The translations under genes were made by a program, and so were the position numbers. From Chloroflexota bacterium (GTDB lineage: Bacteria; Chloroflexota; Dehalococcoidia; UBA2979), in NCBI GenBank assembly GCA_002716405.1, contig PBBA01000006.1:289683-353682 (forward strand): 64,000 nucleotides of DNA. Direction: 5' to 3'. The notes under the pieces were generated by a model that saw nothing but the letters and a program-made list of their open reading frames with translations, was not told where the DNA came from and did not search any database. Positions 19,237 to 28,624 of this stretch are shown piece after piece. The number at the start of each line of letters is the position of its first letter. Within the stretch, counting starts at the first letter, position 1.

Positions 19237-19995
19237 ATGCGAACTGGGCTAGAAGATATTTTAGGCGAACAAACTGCAGAAGAACTAAATCCTAATACTA
19301 TTCAAGAGAGAAAAAAACGAGCATTAGTAATCGCGGCTCATCCTGATGATGCTGACCTAGGCGTAGGCGGAACAATGGCGCAATTAGTCCTTGATCAATG
19401 GAAAGTTCGTTATCTAATCGTAACTGATGGAGCAAAAGGAACGACTGATATAAATAAAACATACGATCAAATTGTTAGTACACGACAGCAGGAACAAATT
19501 AACGCTGCATCCTATACAGGTGTAACCGATATAAAATTTTTAGGATTCCCTGACGGCGAATTAGATTCATCAAAAAACTTAAGAAAAACCTTGGTTAAAG
19601 AAATACGTCAATTCCAACCATTTAGAGTTTACACACATGATCCTGAACCGATTATTATCAACAACCAGGTAATCAATCACCCTGATCACAGGATCACAGG
19701 ACTCGAAACTATCAATGCTATTTATCCATCAATAAGAGATCCTAAATATTTCCCTGAACATTTTCATGAGGGTATTTTACCTCATAAAGTTAAAGAATTA
19801 ATTCTTTGGGGAACAAACAATGTTAATTATGAAATTGATATCACTTCAACCATAAAGGATAAATTACTTGCATTAATGGCTCATGAAAGCCAATTCGATT
19901 TCACATCAAAAAAACTTTCGCAAATCGCTAAAGAATGGACTGAAAATAATGAAAAGTTTACAGAGGCATTTCGAAGAATTGTCATTTTTGAGTAA
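19237..19995 (+). CDS. LmbE/PIG-L family N-acetylglucosaminyl deacetylase
   Basis: VIAAHPDDADLGVGG and HPDH motifs. Confidence 0.8.
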   Translation: MRTGLEDILGEQTAEELNPNTIQERKKRALVIAAHPDDADLGVGGTMAQLVLDQWKVRYLIVTDGAKGTTDINKTYDQIVSTRQQEQINAASYTGVTDIKFLGFPDGELDSSKNLRKTLVKEIRQFQPFRVYTHDPEPIIINNQVINHPDHRITGLETINAIYPSIRDPKYFPEHFHEGILPHKVKELILWGTNNVNYEIDITSTIKDKLLALMAHESQFDFTSKKLSQIAKEWTENNEKFTEAFRRIVIFE

Positions 19996-20001
19996 ATAAC
20001 T

Positions 20002-20502
20002 ATGAAACTAGAAAATGAACAAATTAAATTTTGCCCCATTTGTGGGACAACAATTAAAAATAGATCATTTGGTCACCCTTCATGCCCGAATGATCATTTC
20101 GTTTGGTACCAAGATCCCAAAGTTGCAGTAGGAGCATTAGTAAAAAAAAATGAAAAACTGTTATTGGTGAAAAGAAAATTTCCTCCACATATCAATAAGT
20201 GGTCATATCCATCTGGTTTCGTTGATGCAGGTGAAAAGGTTGAGGATGCTGCAAGGCGAGAAGTATTAGAGGAAACAAATATCAACGTGGAAATTGAAAA
20301 ACTACTTGGTGTGTACTCTAGTAAAAATAATGACACAATATACATCGCATACTCAGCAAATGCCCTTGATAACCATATCGTAACTGGGTCAGAATCTTTA
20401 GATGCTTCCTGGTTTGAAGTTAATAAATTACCTTCTCTGGCTTTTAAACATGATCAGAAGATCTTACAGAGATGGAAAGATCTTTACTGGAAGAATAGTT
20501 AA
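20002..20502 (+). CDS. Nudix hydrolase with N-terminal zinc ribbon
   Basis: CPICG...(12)...CPNDH followed by Nudix box GFVDAGEKVEDAARREVLEETNI. Confidence 0.8.
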   Translation: MKLENEQIKFCPICGTTIKNRSFGHPSCPNDHFVWYQDPKVAVGALVKKNEKLLLVKRKFPPHINKWSYPSGFVDAGEKVEDAARREVLEETNINVEIEKLLGVYSSKNNDTIYIAYSANALDNHIVTGSESLDASWFEVNKLPSLAFKHDQKILQRWKDLYWKNS

Positions 20503-20562
20503 ACTACACAAGCTAACAAAATTAAAAAACATTGAAAATTTTAAGAATAGATAGGTACGTTA

Positions 20563-22056
20563 ATGACAGACCATTTTAATTCAAGTAACTATACTGACCT
20601 AGAAAAAATTTTTCACCCAAAAAGTGTAGCAATTGTTGGTGTTCCTTCTGGATCTGGGCAGGCGACAATGGCAAGCGGATTCCTTAATTCGCTTCTAGAA
20701 CTAAAATTTCAAGAAATTCATTCTTTGTACCCAGTTAATCCAAAAATGGACGAGGTTGAAGGTTTAAAATGCTATAAAAACCTACTCGAAATTGACGGTG
20801 AAATTGATCATGTTATTTCCATGGTTCCTGCACGTGTAGTTCCACAATTAGTCGAAGAATGTGTTGAAAAAAAAGTAAATTCTGTTCACTTTTATACTGC
20901 TGGTTTTTCTGAAACTGGCGATCCTGAAATGGTTAAGAAAGAAAAAGAGTTAATTACTAAATTAAATGATGCGGGAATTCGTGCCATTGGTCCCAATTGT
21001 ATGGGTTTATACGTCCCTTCAGAACGGATAGGATTCATGAATGGGTTTCCTCCAGAATCAGGAAATGTCTTCTTACTGTCACAATCTGGTGCAAATGCAG
21101 GAGATGTTGTTCATGGACTTGCAAAACGAGGTGTTCGATTTTCAAAAGCAGTTTCATTTGGTAATGGTGCCGATATCAAGGCACATCATCTTCTGAATTA
21201 TGCCGCTCAAGATTCGGAAACTGAGGTAGTCGCTGCATATATGGAGGGTGTGCAAGAAGGACGTGATTTTTTTCAAGCGCTAAAAAAGTGTGCTGCTGTA
21301 AAACCTACAGTAATTCTAAAGGGGGGAATTCACGCAGCTGGTGCAAGGGCCGCTAACTCCCACACAGGATCACTGGCAGGCTCAATCCAAATTTTTGAAG
21401 CTGCATGCCGTCAAGCTGGTGCAATGCGAGCAGAAACCATGGATGATCTGCATGACTTAATTATTACCCTAACTACAAATGCAAAATCGATAAAAGATAC
21501 AGGTGTTGCTTTGGTTTCTGGTGGGGGTGGATATGCTGTTCTTTCGTCTGATGCCATTGCCACTGCAGGTCTAGATGTCCCTCAGATGCCTGCTGAAACA
21601 GTTGAACAACTGCGAGAATTTATACCCGTCGCTGGTACAAGCGTAAATAATCCAATTGATACAAATCTTTCTGACAAAGATTTACAAATTAAAATGCTAG
21701 AGATAGTCGCGAACTCTTCTGTAACTAATGTGGTCTTTACTAATGCACAATTTAATTCACCCAGAAAGAATAAAGAGCAAGAAACTAATTCAGATAAAAC
21801 AGAATCTGTTCGAAATGAATCTCTTGATTCGGCAAACACTATTGCATCTCTCCAAAATCAAACATCTGTACCATTTGTAGCCATCCAAAGAAATCGTTCC
21901 TTTGGAGAATTAGCTGGTATTGCAAATGACACATTTGCTAATCAAGCATACCGAAATGGTATAGCCGTATATCCAACTGTTAGCAGAGCAGCAAGAAGTT
22001 TAGGTTTAATCCTTAATTGGAGAAACCGTAGAAAAGGGCTTCCTGAAATTTTCTGA
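20563..22056 (+). CDS. CoA-binding, ADP-forming acyl-CoA synthetase alpha-type protein (succinyl-CoA-synthetase-like fold)
   Basis: KSVAIVGVP CoA-binding start, IGPNCMGLY loop, and HTGSLAG (phospho-His-loop-like). Confidence 0.68.
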   Translation: MTDHFNSSNYTDLEKIFHPKSVAIVGVPSGSGQATMASGFLNSLLELKFQEIHSLYPVNPKMDEVEGLKCYKNLLEIDGEIDHVISMVPARVVPQLVEECVEKKVNSVHFYTAGFSETGDPEMVKKEKELITKLNDAGIRAIGPNCMGLYVPSERIGFMNGFPPESGNVFLLSQSGANAGDVVHGLAKRGVRFSKAVSFGNGADIKAHHLLNYAAQDSETEVVAAYMEGVQEGRDFFQALKKCAAVKPTVILKGGIHAAGARAANSHTGSLAGSIQIFEAACRQAGAMRAETMDDLHDLIITLTTNAKSIKDTGVALVSGGGGYAVLSSDAIATAGLDVPQMPAETVEQLREFIPVAGTSVNNPIDTNLSDKDLQIKMLEIVANSSVTNVVFTNAQFNSPRKNKEQETNSDKTESVRNESLDSANTIASLQNQTSVPFVAIQRNRSFGELAGIANDTFANQAYRNGIAVYPTVSRAARSLGLILNWRNRRKGLPEIF

Positions 22057-22083
22057 TAGTTAATCTAGTTACTAGATTAACTA
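22057..22083. promoter_or_regulatory. Perfect 13-bp inverted repeat (hairpin/terminator or operator)
   Basis: tagttaatctagt-t-actagattaacta immediately after the stop of the CoA-ligase gene and 60 nt before the ADH gene. Confidence 0.4.
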
Positions 22084-22145
22084 TTCGTAAAACGAGTATC
22101 GTGATGTTGTATGTAAAACTAAATCACTATTAGAGGGGGATCGAT

Positions 22146-23240
22146 ATGAAAGCAGCGGTAATGAGAAGTGGGGCCAGCCAATTACAGATAGAAGATCTAA
22201 AGCAAGAAAACCCACGACCCGGTGAGGTACTCATTCGTACTGGTGCCGCAGGGCTTTGTGCGAGTGATATTCATATTATTCACGGCACTGCACAGTTACC
22301 CTTGCCATGTGTTTTAGGACATGAAGGTGCAGGAACCGTAGAGGCAATAGGAGAAGGTGTAAGAAACGTTAAGCCCGGAGATCGATGTGTTCTTTCGTTC
22401 GTTTCCAATTGTGGACATTGTAGAATGTGTAGATCTGGTCACCCTCACCTATGTGACGTTAATGCACTTTCTGGTGCAAAACAGTTCGATGGAACTACAA
22501 GATTAGTTGATCAAAGTGGTGGAGAAGTTTTTCAAATGTCAAAACTTGGTGTTTTTTCCGAATATCAAGTTGTGCCAGCACAAGCATGTTATCCCATGCC
22601 GGACGATGTACCTATGGAAGTTGCAGCATTAATTGGATGTTCTGTCACAACAGGTGTTGGCAGTGTAATTAATGCACCTAAAGTTAAACCCGGTATGACT
22701 GTCGTAGTTATCGGAGCGGGAGGGGTAGGAATTAATGCAATCCAAGGAGCACGTTTAATGAACGCCTCTCAAATCATTGCAGTGGATATCGCAGAACATA
22801 AACTTGAATTTGCAACACGTTTTGGTGCAACAGATATTATTGACTCAACAACTACATCACCTGAAGAGGCAATCCTTGAACTAACAAATGGAGGGGCTGA
22901 TTTAGCATTAGACACTTTTGGTAGTATCGAAACAACTCAACAAGCTATTGGTTCATTACGTAAAAACGGAGTTGCTATCGTCGTTGGTCTAGCGGCATTA
23001 GGAGACAAAGCAAATATCGATCTTGTTGATATAGTTAGAATGCAGAAAACTCTAACAGGAGCTTATTACGGATTAGCTAGTCCTCATGAAACTTTTCGAA
23101 CTATGATCGACCTTTATCTAAAAGGAGATCTATTAATTGATGAGATAATTGAACGCCGATACAACCTTGAAGAAATAAATGAAGGTTTTGAAGCTCTTGA
23201 ACGAGGTGAAAACGGTAGAGGTGTAATTGTTTTCGATTAA
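22146..23240 (+). CDS. Zinc-dependent alcohol dehydrogenase (MDR family)
   Basis: GHEGAGTVEAIGEGV, structural-zinc cluster CGHCRMCRSGHPHLC, and VIGAGGVG. Confidence 0.85.
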   Translation: MKAAVMRSGASQLQIEDLKQENPRPGEVLIRTGAAGLCASDIHIIHGTAQLPLPCVLGHEGAGTVEAIGEGVRNVKPGDRCVLSFVSNCGHCRMCRSGHPHLCDVNALSGAKQFDGTTRLVDQSGGEVFQMSKLGVFSEYQVVPAQACYPMPDDVPMEVAALIGCSVTTGVGSVINAPKVKPGMTVVVIGAGGVGINAIQGARLMNASQIIAVDIAEHKLEFATRFGATDIIDSTTTSPEEAILELTNGGADLALDTFGSIETTQQAIGSLRKNGVAIVVGLAALGDKANIDLVDIVRMQKTLTGAYYGLASPHETFRTMIDLYLKGDLLIDEIIERRYNLEEINEGFEALERGENGRGVIVFD

Positions 23241-23252
23241 GGAAACTTATTC

Positions 23253-24284
23253 ATGAAATCTCCAGCATTTGGATTAAACAGATTTGATTTTTCAACTCCA
23301 AGTTTATTTGCTCAAGATGTAAAGCGTGCTGAAAGTCTTGGATGGGATTATGCTTTTGTCCCTGATTCACAGTTACGTCGACATGATACCTACGTATTGT
23401 TAGCATCCGCAGCTGTCAATACTTCTTCAATTAATCTTGGCACCCTACTTGCAAACCCAATCACAAGGCACTTAACAGTTACTGCTGGATCAATTGCAAC
23501 TATCGATGAAGTCTCAGAAGGAAGGGCCGTATTGGGGCTTGGGATAGGAGATACTGCTGTTCGACTAGCAGGATTAAGTCCAGCGAAAGTATCAACTCTT
23601 GAAAAAAGTACAAAATCAATTCGTGATCTTCTTAGAGGAAAGGAAATTGAACTTGGTGCAGTAAAACCATCCTACCTTCCACACCATCGCCCAGTTCCGG
23701 TATGGATTGCTGCTGCAGGCCCTCGTACTTTGAGAGCAGCAGGACGAGTAGCCGATGGTGTTTTTATCCGTGTTGGAATGCATCTTGAAAATATAAAATT
23801 TTCAGTTGAACAAATTTTCTCTGGTGCACGTGAAGTAGGTAGAGATCCTAACGAAATTAAATTGGGACTGGTAGTCCACACAATCCTAGAGGATAATATT
23901 GAGAAAGCACTCTTGATGGGTAAATCGATGGCAGCCGGATATTATGAATATTCTCCATTTCTCTTTGACAAACCTTCCATCCCATGGGAAGGACCTGACA
24001 TTGAAAATCTTAAAACCAAAGTACATCCTGATTTTCACCATCATCCAGATCTTGTTGAGTCAGGTAATTTAGTTAACTTCTTACCTGATAGTGCAGCGTA
24101 CTCATTTGCTGCACTAGGATCAGCAGAAGCAATAACAGAGCAATTTAAGAACGTACTCACACAAGGAATAGAATTCGATATTATCGTACCGCATCCTGTT
24201 CCTAATCCAATACCAAAATCATATACAGAAAAACAAACTTACATGGAAATTATGGGCAAAAACGTACTCCCAAAATTAAGATAA
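23253..24284 (+). CDS. Luciferase-like monooxygenase (LLM) family oxidoreductase, probably F420-dependent
   Basis: LLM TIM-barrel-type sequence (GRAVLGLGIGDT..., WIAAAGPRTLRAAGRVADG). F420 dependence is inferred from family resemblance and the F420 genes in the window. Confidence 0.65.
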   Translation: MKSPAFGLNRFDFSTPSLFAQDVKRAESLGWDYAFVPDSQLRRHDTYVLLASAAVNTSSINLGTLLANPITRHLTVTAGSIATIDEVSEGRAVLGLGIGDTAVRLAGLSPAKVSTLEKSTKSIRDLLRGKEIELGAVKPSYLPHHRPVPVWIAAAGPRTLRAAGRVADGVFIRVGMHLENIKFSVEQIFSGAREVGRDPNEIKLGLVVHTILEDNIEKALLMGKSMAAGYYEYSPFLFDKPSIPWEGPDIENLKTKVHPDFHHHPDLVESGNLVNFLPDSAAYSFAALGSAEAITEQFKNVLTQGIEFDIIVPHPVPNPIPKSYTEKQTYMEIMGKNVLPKLR

Positions 24285-24310
24285 ACAAACAGTAGACAAT
24301 TGGAGTGAAT

Positions 24311-24646
24311 ATGGAAATAAAATTAACCTTAACTGAAAGAGGCAACGATCATCATGCGGCAATTCGACAATTATTGCAGGAAGCGATCGCAGAGGCTGGA
24401 GTAAGCTCAACGACTGTTGATGAAACAATTATCCGAAGTGATGAAGAAGCTATAGCTATCAAATGTCTTGGTTCACCAACTATAAGAATTAATGGTTTAG
24501 ATATTGAATATCGGGAAAGAGAACCTGAAGAAACAACCGCAGGTGTTCGTTATTACAACACTCCAGCTGGCTGGAAGTCTATCCCTGAAAAAGGGTTGAT
24601 TATCAGAGCCCTAGAAAGAGCACTAGCAGATGAGGAAAATATCTAA
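24311..24646 (+). CDS. Small thioredoxin-fold (DUF2703-like) protein lacking the usual cysteines
   Basis: LGSPTIRINGLDIE resembles the ...FLGSPT(V/I)R(V/I)NG.D(V/I)E... core of small CxxC/CP-containing proteins. The ATG at 24311 has GGAG 5 nt upstream. Confidence 0.4.
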   Translation: MEIKLTLTERGNDHHAAIRQLLQEAIAEAGVSSTTVDETIIRSDEEAIAIKCLGSPTIRINGLDIEYREREPEETTAGVRYYNTPAGWKSIPEKGLIIRALERALADEENI

Positions 24647-24661
24647 GGAAAAAATTTTAAT

Positions 24662-25009
24662 ATGAAAAAATCGAAAAAAAACCTATTCTCTTCTCGTATT
24701 AAAAAACTTTCTGAAAATGTGCGTAAAAACGCTAAGAATTTTACAGAGCAAGATTCTGAATACTCTCAATATAGTGATGCACTAAAAGATGCCACAAAAA
24801 AAATTTCTCCTCGCCTCAAACGTGCTGCTAAAAAAACTGAAGATTACATAAAAACCCATGAAGAAGAAATTAATGAAAACGCACAAAAGGGTGGGAAGTT
24901 CATTGCCCAACAAGCATTACGCATGGCTACCCCTCCAGTATTAAGGCCTGCTATTGATGCAATGAAAGAAGAACTAGGCAAAAAGAAGAGATCTAATAGC
25001 AAAGATTAA
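24662..25009 (+). CDS. Lys-rich hypothetical protein
   Basis: ORF only; low-complexity basic termini. Confidence 0.35.
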   Translation: MKKSKKNLFSSRIKKLSENVRKNAKNFTEQDSEYSQYSDALKDATKKISPRLKRAAKKTEDYIKTHEEEINENAQKGGKFIAQQALRMATPPVLRPAIDAMKEELGKKKRSNSKD

Positions 25010-26250
25010 TTAAGATCTATTCCCAATACTTGGGTCATCTCTAAAAGGGCAGGGACACCTATTTGAGATGGAATTTGATCTTCTACAATTAGCACAGCTA
25101 AGTCCCTTAATGTATCGATCGCTAAAGGTGTATTTAAATCATCATCCATAGCATCCATAAAAACATTACGTAGAGGTTGCAATTTAGTTATATTACTGCC
25201 GCCGCTATTATTATTTTTGATAGCATTTTTAAATAATTCAATATCGTTTTGTGCTTGATTTAAATAATCTTCAGAAAAATTTCTGTCGACTCTATAATGC
25301 TCCATAAGCAAGCTCAATCGAATCGCATTACCTGAAAAGCCATCATTTAGAAGCTCATGTACTTTTACTAAATTCCCGAGTGATTTAGACATTTTTTCAC
25401 CCTTTAATTGCATTGTCCCGTTATGAACCCAGTAAGAAACACTTGGTTGAACACCTGTTAGCGATTCAGTTTGTACTATCTCAGAATCATGATGTGGGTA
25501 AGCCAAGTCTTTTCCACCACCATGAATATCGAATTGATCACCTAAATTGGAACGGGCCATGACAGAACATTCTATATGCCAGCCTGGCCTTCCGTTCCCC
25601 CAAGGAGATTCATACATTGCTTCAGAATGTTCTGATGGTTGCCACAATAGAAAATCAGAACTATTTACCTTGAGATGTTCTGGTTCATCTGGCATTGTGT
25701 CTGTTCGAGGCATCGTAGATAGTTTGTCAAAGCTATAGCCAGATAGAACCCCAAATGATCTAGTATTTGACGTATTGAAAAATACATAACCATCAACGTA
25801 ATAAGCAAACCCTTGCTTCTCAAGAACAATGATGCTTTCAATAATTTCTTGAATGTAATCTGAAACAAGTGGGAATTGATCAGGGCGCATAACGTTTAAT
25901 GCATCCATTTCATCCAAGTAAATTGAATGATTTTGTTCAGTCAAGTCTGATATGGAGATATCTAATTCAACAGATTTTCGAATCATATCATCATCAATAT
26001 CTGTTATATTTTGTATGTGAGTAACTTCATAGCCTGAAAATTCTAACCAACGATGCAAAGTATCTTGTACAGAATAAACCAATGCATGGCCCAAATGTCC
26101 TACGTCATAGGGAGTAATCCCACAAACATACATCGTGGCTCTACCTTTGTTCAGGGGGGAAAATAATTCTTTGGTACGTGATTTTGAATTGTACAACCTA
26201 AAACCATCCATATGACGTGGCTTTAAGTCAAAATTTAATCTCCCGGTCAA
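25006..26250 (-). CDS. Short class-I cysteine ligase (CysRS/MshC family; MshC-like architecture)
   Basis: YVCGITPYDVGHLGHA (HIGH), GRPGWHIEC, KMSKSLGN and HYRVDRNFS. The protein ends at ...LGIDLN with no C-terminal anticodon-binding extension, as I recall for MshC (~410-420 aa). Confidence 0.7.
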   Translation of the reverse strand: MTGRLNFDLKPRHMDGFRLYNSKSRTKELFSPLNKGRATMYVCGITPYDVGHLGHALVYSVQDTLHRWLEFSGYEVTHIQNITDIDDDMIRKSVELDISISDLTEQNHSIYLDEMDALNVMRPDQFPLVSDYIQEIIESIIVLEKQGFAYYVDGYVFFNTSNTRSFGVLSGYSFDKLSTMPRTDTMPDEPEHLKVNSSDFLLWQPSEHSEAMYESPWGNGRPGWHIECSVMARSNLGDQFDIHGGGKDLAYPHHDSEIVQTESLTGVQPSVSYWVHNGTMQLKGEKMSKSLGNLVKVHELLNDGFSGNAIRLSLLMEHYRVDRNFSEDYLNQAQNDIELFKNAIKNNNSGGSNITKLQPLRNVFMDAMDDDLNTPLAIDTLRDLAVLIVEDQIPSQIGVPALLEMTQVLGIDLN

Positions 26251-26330
26251 TGGTCACCTCGTTCAACACAATAAAATATGCTAAAGAAAATTCTTTGCAT
26301 AATAATTATTTTTAATCAAAAACCCAATCA

Positions 26331-26744
26331 TTAGTCCCAAATTATTCTTCTAGCAAAACAATGATCACATAAAACTGCTGAGATTCTCTGTGAATTACCC
26401 GTTCCAAATTCCATAATATCAGCAACCTTTAAATGAAATTTACAGAAAAAAAGCTGACATCTATTACATTGTATTTCCATAAATGAATTACAACTCTCAA
26501 TTGCACAAACTTGTTCTTCATTTGCAACTCTCACTCGAATTTTCCACTGCAGATGCATTTCTACATCTGCTTTTTTTGCTAAACACTCACTCTTGTTGCA
26601 AACTTCTAAATAATTTGAACCAATTACACCATGTCTTTCACAAAATCGTAAATTACAATAAACACATTGACCTAAAAAACTATTTTTACATACTCTTCGG
26701 AAAAAGTTTTGACGCCAATTACAAATATCCTGCGGTCGTTTCAT
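26331..26744 (-). CDS. Cys/His-rich putative zinc-binding protein (two AN1-like C...C...C.C...FC..H modules)
   Basis: CKNSFLGQCVYCNLRFCERH and CAIESCNSFMEIQCNRCQLFFCKFH, plus a terminal CDHC. Confidence 0.5.
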   Translation of the reverse strand: MKRPQDICNWRQNFFRRVCKNSFLGQCVYCNLRFCERHGVIGSNYLEVCNKSECLAKKADVEMHLQWKIRVRVANEEQVCAIESCNSFMEIQCNRCQLFFCKFHLKVADIMEFGTGNSQRISAVLCDHCFARRIIWD

Positions 26745-26765
26745 AAAATTCGCATGCTCTTCTAT

Positions 26766-27914
26766 CTAGTTATTGCTCTCAATTCTAATTGATACTCTTG
26801 TAAGATTTTTCATGCCAAGATCGCGTTCAATCGAGAGAATACCGCTATAACCTAGAGTAGAATTTTGAAAACCCAATAAACTTGAAGAACCTCTAGACAT
26901 ATCCTCAACCAATTCCCATCCTTGAGTATTTAATAAATCTCGATATAGATCTGTTATCGCTGAAACTGTCTCGTCAGAGTGTAACGAGCTCTGAAAATTT
27001 GCAGTCCCTTGATCTATAGACCAATTAATATCAGTAACTATCGCACCTTCTAAGAAAAGAAATTTTGCAGGAAATTTTTTAGGAATAGGGCGTGATATAG
27101 ATTCTTCTGATAGCTTTACATCAAATTCATTATCCGAGTCGATATTTAACCGGTACATTATGGATGACTTTGCATCGGTAACTTCATCTAAGCTTGCCAT
27201 TGCATCGTCAAGATCTGCTACAGAGCCAATTAAATTACCTTCAATTGATGTAATTATGTCACCAGCAATCAAGGAAGAATGGTACTGAGACTCTTTTATC
27301 ACTATGGAATTTTCTTCTTCTATGTACGTAAATGTAGGGAATGGTTCAATACTTCCGCGAGGAAGCTCCACAGAAATTGACTTTCCTGCGCGGAGAATTT
27401 CCATATCAATCTTTAAATCAGGAGGGAAAGCTTGAATCGTTACCAGGCCAGTTATGTTTGGATTTTCAGTATTCCTAAAGGAAACAACAGAAAAAGTATT
27501 ACTTGATTGTCCACCATCTAACTGCCACGGGCTAATATTCAATTGCTTCTGAATATCCTCTTCGACACTTAAAGCAGCAGCAGCAGTATCAAAAATCAAC
27601 CACACAACATGCGAACCATCCTGCTTCAAAACATGATAAGAGGCCAACAACTCCCCCTCAGGGTGAACAGGAAGGGCAATGGGTTCTTCGCGACCATCAA
27701 AACTAGAAAGATTTAACAAATATGATAAATATGGAGGTAAAGTTTTTTCAAAATAGAATACTTGGTTGCCGAAGTCACTAGCTTCAAATAAACGAAAATA
27801 TCTATCAGGTCCATTTGAAAAATCAGAAGAACTTTTTAGATTTTCATTATCACCAAAGCAAGACAAACCAAGACAAATAATAGGGATAATTAAAAAATAT
27901 ATTTTTTTCGACAT
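26766..27914 (-). CDS. Lipoprotein with a PDZ-like segment, unknown function
   Basis: MSKKIYFLIIPIICLGLSC lipobox; LIAGDIITSIEGNLIGSVADL PDZ-like. The first 25 codons of the track ORF overlap tRNA-His and are rejected. Confidence 0.6.
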   Translation of the reverse strand: MSKKIYFLIIPIICLGLSCFGDNENLKSSSDFSNGPDRYFRLFEASDFGNQVFYFEKTLPPYLSYLLNLSSFDGREEPIALPVHPEGELLASYHVLKQDGSHVVWLIFDTAAAALSVEEDIQKQLNISPWQLDGGQSSNTFSVVSFRNTENPNITGLVTIQAFPPDLKIDMEILRAGKSISVELPRGSIEPFPTFTYIEEENSIVIKESQYHSSLIAGDIITSIEGNLIGSVADLDDAMASLDEVTDAKSSIMYRLNIDSDNEFDVKLSEESISRPIPKKFPAKFLFLEGAIVTDINWSIDQGTANFQSSLHSDETVSAITDLYRDLLNTQGWELVEDMSRGSSSLLGFQNSTLGYSGILSIERDLGMKNLTRVSIRIESNN

Positions 27915-27927
27915 ATATACTCGTATA

Positions 27928-28004
27928 TGGGGTGGATGATGGGATTTGAACCCACGGTCTCCTGGGCCACAACCAGGCGCTTTAACCACTAAGCTACACC
28001 CACC
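27928..28004 (-). tRNA. tRNA-His (GUG), with encoded G-1 and CCA
   Basis: G-GUGGGUG-UA-GCUU-AGUGGUUA-AAGC-G-CCUGG-UUGUGGC-CCAGG-...-GUGGG-UUCAAAU-CCCAU-CAUCCAC-C-CCA cloverleaf. Confidence 0.93.
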
Positions 28005-28092
28005 ATGTAAATCATTATCAACTAAATGATCGTATCATCTAGCCAGCAAGAGATCCCATTATGCAACTAATCAACAAAATAAAACACTGCTA

Positions 28093-28593
28093 TTAAAACT
28101 CTTTTGAAAGTTTTCGATATTTACCCTTAAAAAATAAAAGAGGATCGTCATCAGAATTATTCGAAGCAAAATCAACAACTTCACCCACAATTATCGTATG
28201 GTCACCACCTGGAAATTGATCTCTTATCTTGCATTCAGCAAATGCAATACAACCATCAAGTATCGGAGTCCCTAAAACACCCGTATGATAAGGAGTTCCA
28301 CTAAGAGGTTCTTCCATACGTCCATGTTTAGCAAAAAGAGTAGAAATATCTTCTTGATTTTCACCTAATATATTAACTGCAAATGAACTAGTGCCTGCCA
28401 AAGCTGTATGCATTGAAGCAGTTTTGGCAACACAAATTAATATTAATGGTGGATCTAACGATAATGAAGAAAATGCATTTGCCGTCATTCCATATAATTC
28501 TTCAGACTCAAGGGTAACAACCGTTACTCCTGTGGCAAAAATTCCCATCGTATCTCGAAATGATCTCGAATCCACCGATTTTTCTTCACTCAT
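28093..28593 (-). CDS. Flavin reductase-like (HpaC/split-barrel FMN-binding) protein
   Basis: FRDTMGIFATGVTVVT and ...GDHTIIVGEVV motifs. Start taken at MSEEKS, because the track ORF's first 20 codons overlap tRNA-Sec. Confidence 0.8.
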   Translation of the reverse strand: MSEEKSVDSRSFRDTMGIFATGVTVVTLESEELYGMTANAFSSLSLDPPLILICVAKTASMHTALAGTSSFAVNILGENQEDISTLFAKHGRMEEPLSGTPYHTGVLGTPILDGCIAFAECKIRDQFPGGDHTIIVGEVVDFASNNSDDDPLLFFKGKYRKLSKEF

Positions 28594-28624
28594 CCAACAC
28601 CTCAAGTTCAAAATAATCACTACC

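Noticed and set aside
24305-24646. A second selenoprotein candidate (Trx-fold protein with missing Cys)
   Set aside because: There is no in-frame TGA at or near the expected Cys positions. The nearby TGA triplets are out of frame.
27915-27989. N-terminal 25 codons of track ORF 26766..27989 (MVKAPGCGPGDRGFKSHHPPH...)
   Set aside because: This segment is the antisense of tRNA-His. The real protein starts at the lipoprotein signal MSKKIYF... (27914).
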